Shown here: positions 1 through 8,404 of the stretch, in pieces | Position numbering within the stretch: the first letter of the stretch is position 1 | How the letters are laid out: every line of letters starts with the position of its first letter | Origin: Prochlorococcus marinus subsp. pastoris str. CCMP1986 | Lineage (GTDB): Bacteria; Cyanobacteriota; Cyanobacteriia; PCC-6307; Cyanobiaceae | Assembly: GCF_000011465.1 (NCBI RefSeq) | Contig: NC_005072.1 | Location: 960,001 to 992,000 of the forward strand | Direction of reading: 5' to 3' | Length of the DNA stretch: 32,000 nucleotides | Translations under genes and position numbers: made by a program | Notes under the pieces: model-generated | The model's input: the letters and a program-made list of their open reading frames with translations, nothing else | The model's database searches: none | What the model was told of the DNA's origin: nothing

Positions 1-188
1 CTGTACATAAATATCTAAAATATTATGGAAAGATTTCAGAATTTAAGGAAGCTTATTTGGAAGAAATTTCCAGTCAATTCATGAAAATTAAATATGATGA
101 TAAGTTTGCAATTATAAATTTTAAAAATGAAATCTCAGAAGATGAAATTCATGGCACATTAGTTTCGATGATAAAAGAAATTGAATAA
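1..188 (+). CDS. C-terminal end of a CDS starting before the window; unknown function
   Basis: Open frame ...VHKYLKYYGKISEFKEAYLEEISSQFMKIKYDDKFAIINFKNEISEDEIHGTLVSMIKEIE* ending TAA 186-188. Confidence 0.6.
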   Translation, partial: VHKYLKYYGKISEFKEAYLEEISSQFMKIKYDDKFAIINFKNEISEDEIHGTLVSMIKEIE

Positions 189-221
189 ATTTCTTGAGCC
201 ATCTTCGTAAAAAAAGAACAT

Positions 222-386
222 CTAAGAATTTCTCTCATAGTAATCCGAAATTTTTTTACATTCTTCAAACGTAAGCATACTCAATCTTGAACTTGCATTA
301 CATTTTAAGATTGCACATACAGCCAACAGATCAGAGCTGTCAACATTGAGTGCTTCAGAAAGCTCTATAACTCTAAGACCCTTCAA
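222..386 (-). CDS. 54-aa protein resembling the translation initiation factor IF-2 N-terminal domain (TTG start)
   Basis: Hand translation: MKGLRVIELSEALNVDSSDLLAVCAILKCNASSRLSMLTFEECKKISDYYERNS*; 55 codons in frame, absent from ORF track; RVxELxxxLNVDSxxLLxxxxxL pattern is IF2_N-like. Confidence 0.5.
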   Translation of the reverse strand: MKGLRVIELSEALNVDSSDLLAVCAILKCNASSRLSMLTFEECKKISDYYERNS

Positions 387-430
387 TATTTTTACTTAAA
401 AGAGGATTGATAAAAACATTGTACTTCGAA

Positions 431-676
431 TTAATGTGCAGCATTTTTTCCTAAACCAGCTATAAATGGGAAAGCTTGCTCGTCGCCAAAAATATCTTCA
501 TTAGAAGTTATAGGGATATCGCCTTTATCCTTAATATCACTTTTAACATCACTAGATTTTGATTCCATAGATATATCATTACTTAATTCGCCACCAATTT
601 CATCGGCCAAGCAATTACTAAAACTAAAACAAAAGTAACTAATAAAAACAAATGAAATTAAAATAATGTTTTTCAT
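431..676 (-). CDS. secreted/periplasmic small hypothetical protein with signal peptide
   Basis: 81-aa ORF, hydrophobic N-terminus ending ...NCLADE. Confidence 0.65.
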   Translation of the reverse strand: MKNIILISFVFISYFCFSFSNCLADEIGGELSNDISMESKSSDVKSDIKDKGDIPITSNEDIFGDEQAFPFIAGLGKNAAH

Positions 677-773
677 AAAAAAACTAATAAAAAAATATTC
701 TCTTACAAAAATAAATTTTTGAAAAAAATTTTTCTTATATTAAAACAATTCTAAATATATAAATTAATACAAA

Positions 774-1010
774 CTATTTATTTAATTTATTTCTATTCTT
801 GAATCTTACCAAGAAATAAATTCCAATCATTATAAGAATAGCCATTGAATATTTAAAAAGGAAAACATAAACGACATAAACTAAGAAAGGGAACAAGCAT
901 GCTCTTTTAAAATTAATTTTTTGAGTTGAGTTCATTTTTTCCCAATTTAAATATTCTCTCCACTGGAATATTTTCTTCATTTTTCTTTCTTTATAATTTC
1001 GATTAAACAT
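774..1010 (-). CDS. small membrane protein; start may be internal at MKKIFQWREYLNWEKM
   Basis: ORF with hydrophobic segment ACLFPFLVYVVYVFLFKYSMAILIMIGIYFLV. Confidence 0.5.
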   Translation of the reverse strand: MFNRNYKERKMKKIFQWREYLNWEKMNSTQKINFKRACLFPFLVYVVYVFLFKYSMAILIMIGIYFLVRFKNRNKLNK

Positions 1011-1123
1011 AATTTTTAAAATATAATTTTTTATTTTTTTTTATTTTAATTAATAAAAACCAACTTCAATAACTATATTTTTATTATAAATATACACATA
1101 TAAATTTCAAAATTTTAATCTAA

Positions 1124-1537
1124 ATGAAAAAAATTTGGAAAATTGAAAAGTTAGTATTACCACAACATTCAGATCACGCTGGGGTTATGTGGCATGGTAC
1201 ATATTTTGATTGGCTTGAAGAAGGAAGGATCAATGCACTTTCAAAAGCAGGTTTAAATTATGTTGACCTTACAAAAAATGGTTTTGACTTACCTTTAATA
1301 GATACTTCAATAAAATATATATCACCCTTATTTCTTGGAGATACTGTAACAATAGAAACTATATTTGAAATAAGCAAAAGTCCAAAAATAAAAATCCATT
1401 CAAAATTCATTAACAAAAGCAAAACAATTTTGACCATAGCTAAGGTTAATTTGGTTCTAATAAATAAAAAAAGTTTTTCTATTATAAGGAAAAGGCCTGA
1501 TTTCATATCAAAAGCTTTTTTAAAATTAAACGGATAA
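1124..1537 (+). CDS. acyl-CoA thioesterase, hot-dog fold (YbgC / 4-hydroxybenzoyl-CoA thioesterase-like)
   Basis: LPQHSDHAGVMWHGTYFDWLEEGRINAL motif, 137 aa. Confidence 0.85.
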   Translation: MKKIWKIEKLVLPQHSDHAGVMWHGTYFDWLEEGRINALSKAGLNYVDLTKNGFDLPLIDTSIKYISPLFLGDTVTIETIFEISKSPKIKIHSKFINKSKTILTIAKVNLVLINKKSFSIIRKRPDFISKAFLKLNG

Positions 1538-1591
1538 GATTATAGTTAGCTAATTTATTAATTAATTAGAGTAATTAAATTCTTTTCACTA

Positions 1592-1792
1592 ATGAAGGAT
1601 ATATTTCTTGTCTTGGATTCATATCAATATCAAATGGAATCAAATTATCAGGAAACCTCTTCTCTAACTAATCTTTTTACTGAAAACAAATTTATAGGAT
1701 GGCTAGGTCTTTTTATTGTATTTTTTTCAATCTTTGCAATTATTATTTTTCAGTTTCTTGAATGGGAAAGTAATGACAAAAACAAGGAATAA
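1592..1792 (+). CDS. small membrane protein
   Basis: 66-aa ORF with one transmembrane segment. Confidence 0.5.
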   Translation: MKDIFLVLDSYQYQMESNYQETSSLTNLFTENKFIGWLGLFIVFFSIFAIIIFQFLEWESNDKNKE

Positions 1793-1831
1793 AAAAGACT
1801 TGAATTATAATAAATATAAACGTTTTATAAA

Positions 1832-2083
1832 ATGGCAATTTACTTAAAAATAACAAATCCGACTGAAGTTGTAAAAAAAAAGACCTCCAAATGGTTAACA
1901 GACTTAACACCAGAAAGAATTGATCGAAAATTAGTTGAAGACGAAGTTATTAAAGGTATTATTGAACAATTAACACTTGAAGGTATTGAAGGCGAAATCT
2001 CAGCAATAAATGGTTTTGATGTAAAAAACTCTACATTAATTACAAAAAATGATTTTATAATCAGAAAAACAAAATCTTTTTAA
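1832..2083 (+). CDS. conserved-type hypothetical protein
   Basis: 83-aa ORF with coding-like composition, co-directional with neighbours. Confidence 0.6.
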   Translation: MAIYLKITNPTEVVKKKTSKWLTDLTPERIDRKLVEDEVIKGIIEQLTLEGIEGEISAINGFDVKNSTLITKNDFIIRKTKSF

Positions 2084-2100
2084 CTAAAAAATAATAAATA

Positions 2101-2973
2101 ATGAATAATATTTTTATTATTTTAGTTTCTTTAATTTTGTTATTTTTGATAACTATATTAAAATCTTTTCTATTAAAAAAAAGAAAAGATAAATTAAATG
2201 ATGCCTTAAATGCAAATTACTTCCTTGAAACGATAAATAGACTTATTGAAGAAAATAAATACAATCTATTGGAGGAAAGAATTAGATTAAAAGTTATTGA
2301 TGCTTATGGCAACGAAGACTTGAAAAAGTGGATTGGTAATCCCCCTCTAGATGAAAAGTTAATTGAGAAAAGCATCAATAATGGTTCAAAAAGGTTAAAA
2401 GAAGGTATTCCATACTTTTGGGAAAAAGTCATTTTAAAAAAATTTTCAGGTACAGACATTTTTTTTGAAAAATGGAAAGCTTATCGCAAGATTAATCCAA
2501 TTATTAATGATGAAATAATTGGTGTGAGTAGAATTTTGGAGAATGAAGACTGGTTTATATTCATAGCTAGCCAAATAGAAAAAACTTGTTTAAATTTAAT
2601 AGAAAATAATACATCGAGGATTAATAATCAAAACTATAAAAAAGGAATTATATTTGAAAATCATTGTATGGAAATTCTCAAAGAGAATGGGTGGAAAGTG
2701 AAAGAAACACCTATTACCGGAGACCAAGGAGTGGATTTGATTGCCTCCATCGATAATTTAAGGATTTGTATTCAATGTAAAAATCATAAAAAAGCAGTAG
2801 GCAACAATGCTGTTCAAGAAATTTCTGCTGGTAAATTATATTGGAAAGGAACTCATGCGGTATTAGTCTCAAAATCTGGTTTTACTAAATCTGCACAAAA
2901 ACTAGCTAGAGCTAATAAAGTGAAACTAATAAATGATTTTGAATTAAAAGATTTAGAAAATTTACTGATATAG
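2101..2973 (+). CDS. membrane-anchored restriction endonuclease-like (Mrr catalytic domain) protein
   Basis: N-terminal TM helix; C-terminal FENHCMEILKENGWKVKETPITGDQGVDLIASIDNLRICIQCKNHKKAVGNNAVQEI matches Mrr PD-(D/E)xK (GxDL...QCK). Confidence 0.85.
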   Translation: MNNIFIILVSLILLFLITILKSFLLKKRKDKLNDALNANYFLETINRLIEENKYNLLEERIRLKVIDAYGNEDLKKWIGNPPLDEKLIEKSINNGSKRLKEGIPYFWEKVILKKFSGTDIFFEKWKAYRKINPIINDEIIGVSRILENEDWFIFIASQIEKTCLNLIENNTSRINNQNYKKGIIFENHCMEILKENGWKVKETPITGDQGVDLIASIDNLRICIQCKNHKKAVGNNAVQEISAGKLYWKGTHAVLVSKSGFTKSAQKLARANKVKLINDFELKDLENLLI

Positions 2974-2978
2974 TTGAA

Positions 2979-3383
2979 TTACATAAATTGGGATATCCCT
3001 TCTTTATATAAAACAAGTGTCGTAAAAATCCCAGAAGCCCATATTAAACCTCTAGCAATAGGAATATTTAAAACATAAGCGCCAATATACAAGAAACGTA
3101 AGAGAGGATGCATCCAAGCTGCTATTAATGAGAGGTTTGAATCAGGCAAAGTAATTAAACAAAGTATGCAAGCTGGAGCATGAATAGAAATGCTTTCCCA
3201 GCAATTCTGATGACACCAAACTGCTCTTTTACCAAAGTCTGGCAATTTATCAAATAATGCTCTTGGTGCAGACATATTCTCCACAGAATAACCAGCTTTG
3301 ATTCTTCCAAGAGTCAAAGGAATTGTCGATAGTAATACAACTACAACAGACAGGCAAAGGCTCCAAGCGAAAACTATTGGCAT
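2979..3383 (-). CDS. MAPEG family membrane protein
   Basis: 134 aa, four hydrophobic segments; R/AxxNxxE-like NCWESISIHAPA and AAWMHPLLRFLYIGAYVLNIP signatures. Confidence 0.75.
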   Translation of the reverse strand: MPIVFAWSLCLSVVVVLLSTIPLTLGRIKAGYSVENMSAPRALFDKLPDFGKRAVWCHQNCWESISIHAPACILCLITLPDSNLSLIAAWMHPLLRFLYIGAYVLNIPIARGLIWASGIFTTLVLYKEGISQFM

Positions 3384-3497
3384 ATATCTTAAATATTTAA
3401 TTTAGCTTAGTAAATTACTACTTATTAATGCGGAATAATATTTAATATTTAAAAACTAATGTTTTAATTTATATTCATAAGCTATATTAAAATCCTT

Positions 3498-3626
3498 ATG
3501 GACATTTCAAAAATATTAACAATCCTACTTGGTAGTATTTTAATTTATCTAATTTTTTTATTTTTAGGATTTAATTTAAGAAATAAAAATATAAAGGCAC
3601 AAAATCTAACTAAAAAAGACAAATAA
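3498..3626 (+). CDS. 42-aa single-pass membrane protein
   Basis: Hand translation MDISKILTILLGSILIYLIFLFLGFNLRNKNIKAQNLTKKDK*; below ORF track size cutoff. Confidence 0.45.
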   Translation: MDISKILTILLGSILIYLIFLFLGFNLRNKNIKAQNLTKKDK

Positions 3627-3751
3627 TTATTTCCCACTAGAAATTTTTCATTATTTTTTTTTAATCATATTTTATGGAAATAAAAAAGATTATTAATTAT
3701 ATTAAATTGAAGAATTTTTAATAAAAATCTATTCTGTTTTAGCTAAAAATA

Positions 3752-4045
3752 ATGAAAAAGATCTATAAATTTATAAAAAGTTTTTTATTTATATCATTAT
3801 GGCTAATAATCTCTTCTTATTTGCAAAAATATTGGAATACATTTCACTGGGAATATATATACCTTAATTTAAGAACAATTTTTGATAAAGAGTTTTGGTT
3901 CGTTTTGGAAAGATATCTATTTGGACTTGACCTAGGTTATTGGATAGAGGAATTATTAAAATTTTTGTCATATGAAATACCCAAAGAGACCTTTAAATAT
4001 GTGCCAATATTCTTTTTTTTAAAATATATTTGGATTAAAAGATAA
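3752..4045 (+). CDS. hypothetical membrane protein
   Basis: 97-aa ORF with Trp/Phe-rich hydrophobic segments. Confidence 0.5.
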   Translation: MKKIYKFIKSFLFISLWLIISSYLQKYWNTFHWEYIYLNLRTIFDKEFWFVLERYLFGLDLGYWIEELLKFLSYEIPKETFKYVPIFFFLKYIWIKR

Positions 4046-4052
4046 AAATAAT

Positions 4053-4595
4053 TTAGAGAGACGTAATAAATTCTTGAAATCTTTCAAATAAGATATTGTC
4101 TTTAATTCTTCTGAGAATAAATAAAGTTCCTTTATCACCCCTGCAAATTCTAAGATTTTTGCTTAAAAAAGTAATTTCTAACCATCCTTTTTGTTCTTTT
4201 TTAATCTTAGTTAAAGCGTTTATTTTCCTTATTCCAATATAAGGTCCAATTATTCCAGCATGAGTAAAACTAACACCAATTTTCTTTTCATTTAAAGAAC
4301 TCAATTTTGCTACTATTCCTGTTCCAATAATTGAATTAATCCCTCTAGGCTTGAGTAAATTCAAACCATTTAGATTTAACGGATCAAGAATTTGAAGGTT
4401 ATCAACTAGAGGAGAGTAATTTAGAAATGGAGCTTTTGAACTACTCCATCTAAGCTCCCATATTCCTTTTAACTTCTCAACATCATTGCTAAGGGTAAAT
4501 TTTGATTCCTTCTCTAGTTCTTCAGCCATATTTTTAATCTTTTTTGTTTTAGGACTTGAAAGGATTAAGTCCAATAATTGTTGTTCTACATTCAT
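4053..4595 (-). CDS. PAP/fibrillin (plastid lipid-associated protein) family
   Basis: LKGIWELRWSSSKAPFLNY...LRICRGDKGTLFILRR pattern of PAP_fibrillin domain. Confidence 0.75.
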   Translation of the reverse strand: MNVEQQLLDLILSSPKTKKIKNMAEELEKESKFTLSNDVEKLKGIWELRWSSSKAPFLNYSPLVDNLQILDPLNLNGLNLLKPRGINSIIGTGIVAKLSSLNEKKIGVSFTHAGIIGPYIGIRKINALTKIKKEQKGWLEITFLSKNLRICRGDKGTLFILRRIKDNILFERFQEFITSL

Positions 4596-4672
4596 TTAAA
4601 AAGATTTAAAAATAACCTGAGCAAAAATACTTACATTGATATGCTATATTCTACTGAAAATGTTTTGATTCC

Positions 4673-4957
4673 ATGACAAAGAGTTACTGGCTTAAGAAAA
4701 TATCCATACCAAATGCTGAGTTGTTTCTCGAATACATAAGGACAGTCTTGCCATGGATAAGATCTGTAGGTGGGGTTGTGGTAAAAAAAGATATTACTCA
4801 AGATTCCAACTCACACAAGTGGGATGGGGGCCAACTAGGTATAGTAATAGAATTTGAATCTAAGATAGCTGCAAAAAGAGCCTTTTATTCTGATGTATTT
4901 CAAAACTATTTGAAATCTAGAGATTTAATGGAACTAGTGACAATAAGCACTCTTTAG
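4673..4957 (+). CDS. DUF1330 family protein
   Basis: YWLKKISIPNAELFLEYI...GGVVVKK...GQLGIVIEFESKIAAKRAFYSDVFQNYLKSR. Confidence 0.75.
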   Translation: MTKSYWLKKISIPNAELFLEYIRTVLPWIRSVGGVVVKKDITQDSNSHKWDGGQLGIVIEFESKIAAKRAFYSDVFQNYLKSRDLMELVTISTL

Positions 4958-5123
4958 TATTAAAAAAATAGATCTCTCACAATAATATCTGCCGACAAAA
5001 ATTAAAAAATTAATTTTCGCAAATTAAGTATTTATTACTAGTAATTATTTTTTGTAATGGTTATAACTTCATTATTTATGAAATATTTAGCAAAATCTAA
5101 GGTAATAATCAAAATTAAATTAA

Positions 5124-5303
5124 ATGAATTACTCCACGGAACAAGAAGACTATTTAATGACAACCCCTTACACCAAAAAAATTCAAAAAAAATTTAAGGA
5201 AGTTAAAAACTTTCTTGAGAAAAATGGATTTAACTCATCTTCTCAAGGACTAATGCAGGATATTATTAGTTCTCAAGAATATATTTCCAAAAATGATTTA
5301 TGA
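5124..5303 (+). CDS. 59-aa hypothetical protein
   Basis: Hand translation MNYSTEQEDYLMTTPYTKKIQKKFKEVKNFLEKNGFNSSSQGLMQDIISSQEYISKNDL*. Confidence 0.45.
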   Translation: MNYSTEQEDYLMTTPYTKKIQKKFKEVKNFLEKNGFNSSSQGLMQDIISSQEYISKNDL

Positions 5304-5316
5304 AAAAATGTTTTTT

Positions 5317-5487
5317 TCAAAGTGTTTTAAAATAATAAATCCCACCTATTAAGAAAGGTAATAATATCCCTAAGAATAAGAGAAAAGATTTTTTAGATTC
5401 TCCCTGTGTTATTGGAATAATTTCTGGTTCAATTGCGAATCCATTTTGTCTTCCACCGCTTTCTGTTGTATAACCTTTTTTATTCAT
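5317..5487 (-). CDS. Psb34 / ssl1498-family light-harvesting-like small membrane protein
   Basis: Hand translation MNKKGYTTESGGRQNGFAIEPEIIPITQGESKKSFLLFLGILLPFLIGGIYYFKTL*; GGRxNxFAxEP motif followed by one TM helix. Confidence 0.55.
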   Translation of the reverse strand: MNKKGYTTESGGRQNGFAIEPEIIPITQGESKKSFLLFLGILLPFLIGGIYYFKTL

Positions 5488-5578
5488 AACTAAAAAATTT
5501 CATACGATTATCGCATGTATATTTTTTTTTATAAAAAATTTTTACATTTAGAAAAATTTTTAAATTTTCTAATAATTA

Positions 5579-5710
5579 TTAGTTAATTTCAATTTTGGAT
5601 TTTAATTTAGCAGCTTTTTTAAGTAAACCAACAATTTCTTTTCTACCATTAGCTTGTTCTGCTCTATTAATTAAATCACTATATCTTTTGGTAATTTCTC
5701 TATAGTTCAT
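5579..5710 (-). CDS. 43-aa basic hypothetical protein
   Basis: Hand translation MNYREITKRYSDLINRAEQANGRKEIVGLLKKAAKLKSKIEIN*. Confidence 0.5.
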   Translation of the reverse strand: MNYREITKRYSDLINRAEQANGRKEIVGLLKKAAKLKSKIEIN

Positions 5711-5802
5711 TTAAGTAAATATATTTATTTTATTATAAAAATAGAATTGAAAATTTTTTGTATAAAAGATATCAAAATCCTTTTTAAATTCTCTTAAATT
5801 AT

Positions 5803-6105
5803 TTACCTAAACCAACCTCTCTTTTTAGGCTCTTCTACAACTTTTACTGGTTCTACTTTTTTACCAAATAATCCCTTTTTCTTTGGTTTGACATCCTCAG
5901 TTATAGGTTCTCTTTTTCTACCAAATAATCCTTGCTTCTTAGGTCTATCCTCTAAATCTTTTTTTTGATTTACTTTTTTAACAGGAGATTTGGATTGATT
6001 CTGTATTGGTTTTTTACCATCTGATAAAAGCTGATAGACAAAATATCCAAAAACACCAAAAAATCCTATTGCTTGGACTAAGGCGGTACCGATATTATCA
6101 AACAT
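5803..6105 (-). CDS. membrane-anchored Lys-rich protein with degenerate GLFGxK repeats
   Basis: N-terminal TM plus KKQGLFGRKREP / KKKGLFGKKVEP / KKRGWFR repeats. Confidence 0.65.
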   Translation of the reverse strand: MFDNIGTALVQAIGFFGVFGYFVYQLLSDGKKPIQNQSKSPVKKVNQKKDLEDRPKKQGLFGRKREPITEDVKPKKKGLFGKKVEPVKVVEEPKKRGWFR

Positions 6106-6229
6106 TGGCGATTCTAGTTTTTTAATGAAGTAATCTATTAATTATGGAAAAATATTTTTATAAATGCGGAATAAAAGAATTCAGATTTATGAATTAAAAA
6201 TTAAGATATGAAATTTTTTTAAAATAAAA

Positions 6230-6409
6230 CTATTTATAGTAATTAACTAGATCGATTATTAAAATCGTAAGGAGAGAAATTCCCAAGATGTATGGAGCAA
6301 AAGGATATTTATTCAAGATTTGATTTAAATTACTTTTTGAGTCCTTTTTTGCTTCTTTCTTCTCTCTTGGCGGCAATCCTAATTCTTCTCTTCTTTTTGC
6401 TTCTCCCAT
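6230..6409 (-). CDS. DUF2839-like small membrane protein
   Basis: Hand translation MGEAKRREELGLPPREKKEAKKDSKSNLNQILNKYPFAPYILGISLLTILIIDLVNYYK*; MGEAKRR N-terminus typical of the family. Confidence 0.6.
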   Translation of the reverse strand: MGEAKRREELGLPPREKKEAKKDSKSNLNQILNKYPFAPYILGISLLTILIIDLVNYYK

Positions 6410-6540
6410 ATTTTAAGATGTGTACTTTAAAACAAATATAGTACAGATATATATGTTTAAACAATATTTAGATCTTTGCTAAATTAGATTACAAGTTTAA
6501 TTAGAAATTTAGTTAATATATTTCTATAAATAAAAACAAA

Positions 6541-6648
6541 ATGATAGAAATAGTTTGGTCAGTAAATATAATGGTTGCAATTTTAATTGGTGGAGTTGGC
6601 TGGGTCTTATATTATATTTTCACTTACGACCAGAAATATACATCTTAA
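6541..6648 (+). CDS. 35-aa single-pass membrane protein
   Basis: Hand translation MIEIVWSVNIMVAILIGGVGWVLYYIFTYDQKYTS*. Confidence 0.4.
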   Translation: MIEIVWSVNIMVAILIGGVGWVLYYIFTYDQKYTS

Positions 6649-6655
6649 TATCAAA

Positions 6656-6838
6656 ATGGCTGAAAAAGATTTAGTAAATTTTCTAAAAAAAATAGAGCAA
6701 TTAAACAAGATATCAGAATTAATTAAAAATAATCCTGTAAAAAAGAAAGAGTTGTCGGATTGTAAAAATCATGAAGAAGTAATTTGCTTAACTTCCAAAT
6801 GGGGTTTTGAAATTGGCAAAAGATGGGGAGAATATTAA
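6656..6838 (+). CDS. 60-aa hypothetical (track ORF 6587-6838; ATG at 6656 preferred)
   Basis: MAEKDLVNFLKKIEQLNKISELIKNNPVKKKELSDCKNHEEVICLTSKWGFEIGKRWGEY*; EVxxLTxxWGFxIGKRWGE resembles a Nif11-like leader N-terminal pattern. Confidence 0.6.
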   Translation: MAEKDLVNFLKKIEQLNKISELIKNNPVKKKELSDCKNHEEVICLTSKWGFEIGKRWGEY

Positions 6839-6926
6839 ACAAATTAATATCCAACCAAAAAAAAATCATTTAAGTAGTACCAATACTCATAAAATAAATT
6901 AATATAGAGTTTGTGAAAATTTAATT

Positions 6927-7682
6927 ATGACTGATATTGAGGAGATAAAAAAGAAGATATATCAAATTGCAGCTATTACTGACAGGGGGCAAAGACTGAA
7001 CAAATTAATTGCACCTATGTATCAAGAGAAGTTGAAAGAGATGGGAAACCTTATAGATATTCTTGAAAGTTTTAATACGGAAGTTTCTGAAGAAAAATTA
7101 TCTGGAGAGTGGGAATTAATTTATTCAACAGTTGAATTATTTAGAAGTTCACCGTTCTTTTTAGCTATAGAAAAAGCATTAAATGATGAATTTAAAAGTA
7201 ATCTTTTTTTTAAACTACATCAATTACAAGTAGGATCATTTGGTCTTTCTACCATTGGAAGAATTGCTCAAAATATTGATTTTGATAAAAAAGAATTTTT
7301 ATCAACATTTGATACCACAATATTTGGGCTTACAATAATTCCAATTCTTGGTTGGTTCAAGCTTCTTCCAACTTTTGGAGGAAGAGTAATAACACTTGCT
7401 GATGATTTAATTTTAGAAGATAAGGTACTTAAAATGAATTTGAAGAAAACCAAAGTCTCCAAAGTTGATGGACTTAATAAGATTCCATTGTTTAGCACGC
7501 TATTAATGGAAAGATGGTATCCAGTCAAAGAAGTATGGGAAAAATTGCCTTGGAATAAAGAATCACCTTCTTGCGAAGTATCAGTTATCTATTTAGATGA
7601 AGAGGTAAGAGTAATGAAAGATATTTATGGATCAACTTTTGTTTATATCAGACCAACAATATCCTTACTTAATTCTAAATAA
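6927..7682 (+). CDS. PAP/fibrillin family protein
   Basis: LSGEWELIYSTVELFRSSPF...FGLSTIGRIAQNIDF...LKMNLKKTKVSKVDG. Confidence 0.8.
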   Translation: MTDIEEIKKKIYQIAAITDRGQRLNKLIAPMYQEKLKEMGNLIDILESFNTEVSEEKLSGEWELIYSTVELFRSSPFFLAIEKALNDEFKSNLFFKLHQLQVGSFGLSTIGRIAQNIDFDKKEFLSTFDTTIFGLTIIPILGWFKLLPTFGGRVITLADDLILEDKVLKMNLKKTKVSKVDGLNKIPLFSTLLMERWYPVKEVWEKLPWNKESPSCEVSVIYLDEEVRVMKDIYGSTFVYIRPTISLLNSK

Positions 7683-7784
7683 AAAATCTCTTGTGATTTA
7701 TCTAAGTGTTTATTACTAATAAACCAGAAATAAAAATCAGAATCAAGTAAATCTAATTAAGCGAATGTCGCGGGATTGGAATAA

Positions 7785-8132
7785 ATGAGTTATGTTCAGA
7801 GTGAACATTTTAAAATTATGCTAAAAAATAAAGAAAAAAATTCTGTTGTAAGAGGAATATTCTTAATCGGAGGTTGGGGTTTAGGTTTAGATAGATTTTA
7901 CGAGGGAGATAAAAAAGGTGGAGTCTTATCAATTATTGGATGGAGTATTACATTTTTTACTTTCCTTTACCTAAAATGTTCAGGATATGAATATGTTGAT
8001 GGTGTAAAGAATTATTCAGATTATTCACCAAATCCTTTAATTGTTTTACCTTTACTAGCTGGATTGTATGGAGGGTTTCTAATTATCAAAAAGGCTTTCA
8101 GGTTAGCTAAACAATTTGAAAACGCTGAGTAA
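7785..8132 (+). CDS. TM2 domain-containing protein
   Basis: RGIFLIGGWGLGLDRFYEGDKKGGVLSIIGW signature. Confidence 0.8.
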   Translation: MSYVQSEHFKIMLKNKEKNSVVRGIFLIGGWGLGLDRFYEGDKKGGVLSIIGWSITFFTFLYLKCSGYEYVDGVKNYSDYSPNPLIVLPLLAGLYGGFLIIKKAFRLAKQFENAE

Positions 8133-8148
8133 TTATCTCAAAACATAG

Positions 8149-8311
8149 TCAAGACAATAAACCGGATCCTTTCAAATAAAATTTAAATAAAAGAATAACT
8201 AGTAAATTAACAATTACTAACGCCACTATTCCATTTCTGTTCTTTACATCTAACTTTTTAATTAAACTAGAGAGATAAAAAACAGGATTCTCAGGTTCTT
8301 TATTGTTCAAT
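8149..8311 (-). pseudogene. possible small membrane-protein ORF broken by a frameshift at a T7/A7 tract (8277-8283)
   Basis: Two abutting frames: LNNKEPENPVF... and ...YLSSLIKKLDVKNRNGIVALVIVNLLVILLFKFYLKGSGLLS*; joined only by removing one base in the homopolymer. Confidence 0.35.
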
Positions 8312-8404
8312 ATTTTTAAAATAAAATTTAGATCAAATTATCACAATTTTTTTTTAAAACCAAAGAATGTAAAGTTCAAATTTCAGACAGATACAGCTAA
8401 GGTA

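Noticed and set aside
1258-1506. Minus-strand ORF antisense to the thioesterase
   Set aside because: Shadow frame of a well-supported CDS; composition not protein-like.
3427-6172. Shared string AATGCGGAATAA near 3427 and 6161
   Set aside because: A 12-mer match is expected by chance in an AT-rich 32 kb window; no larger repeat context.
7268-7528. Minus-strand ORF antisense to the fibrillin gene
   Set aside because: Shadow ORF inside a convincing plus-strand CDS.
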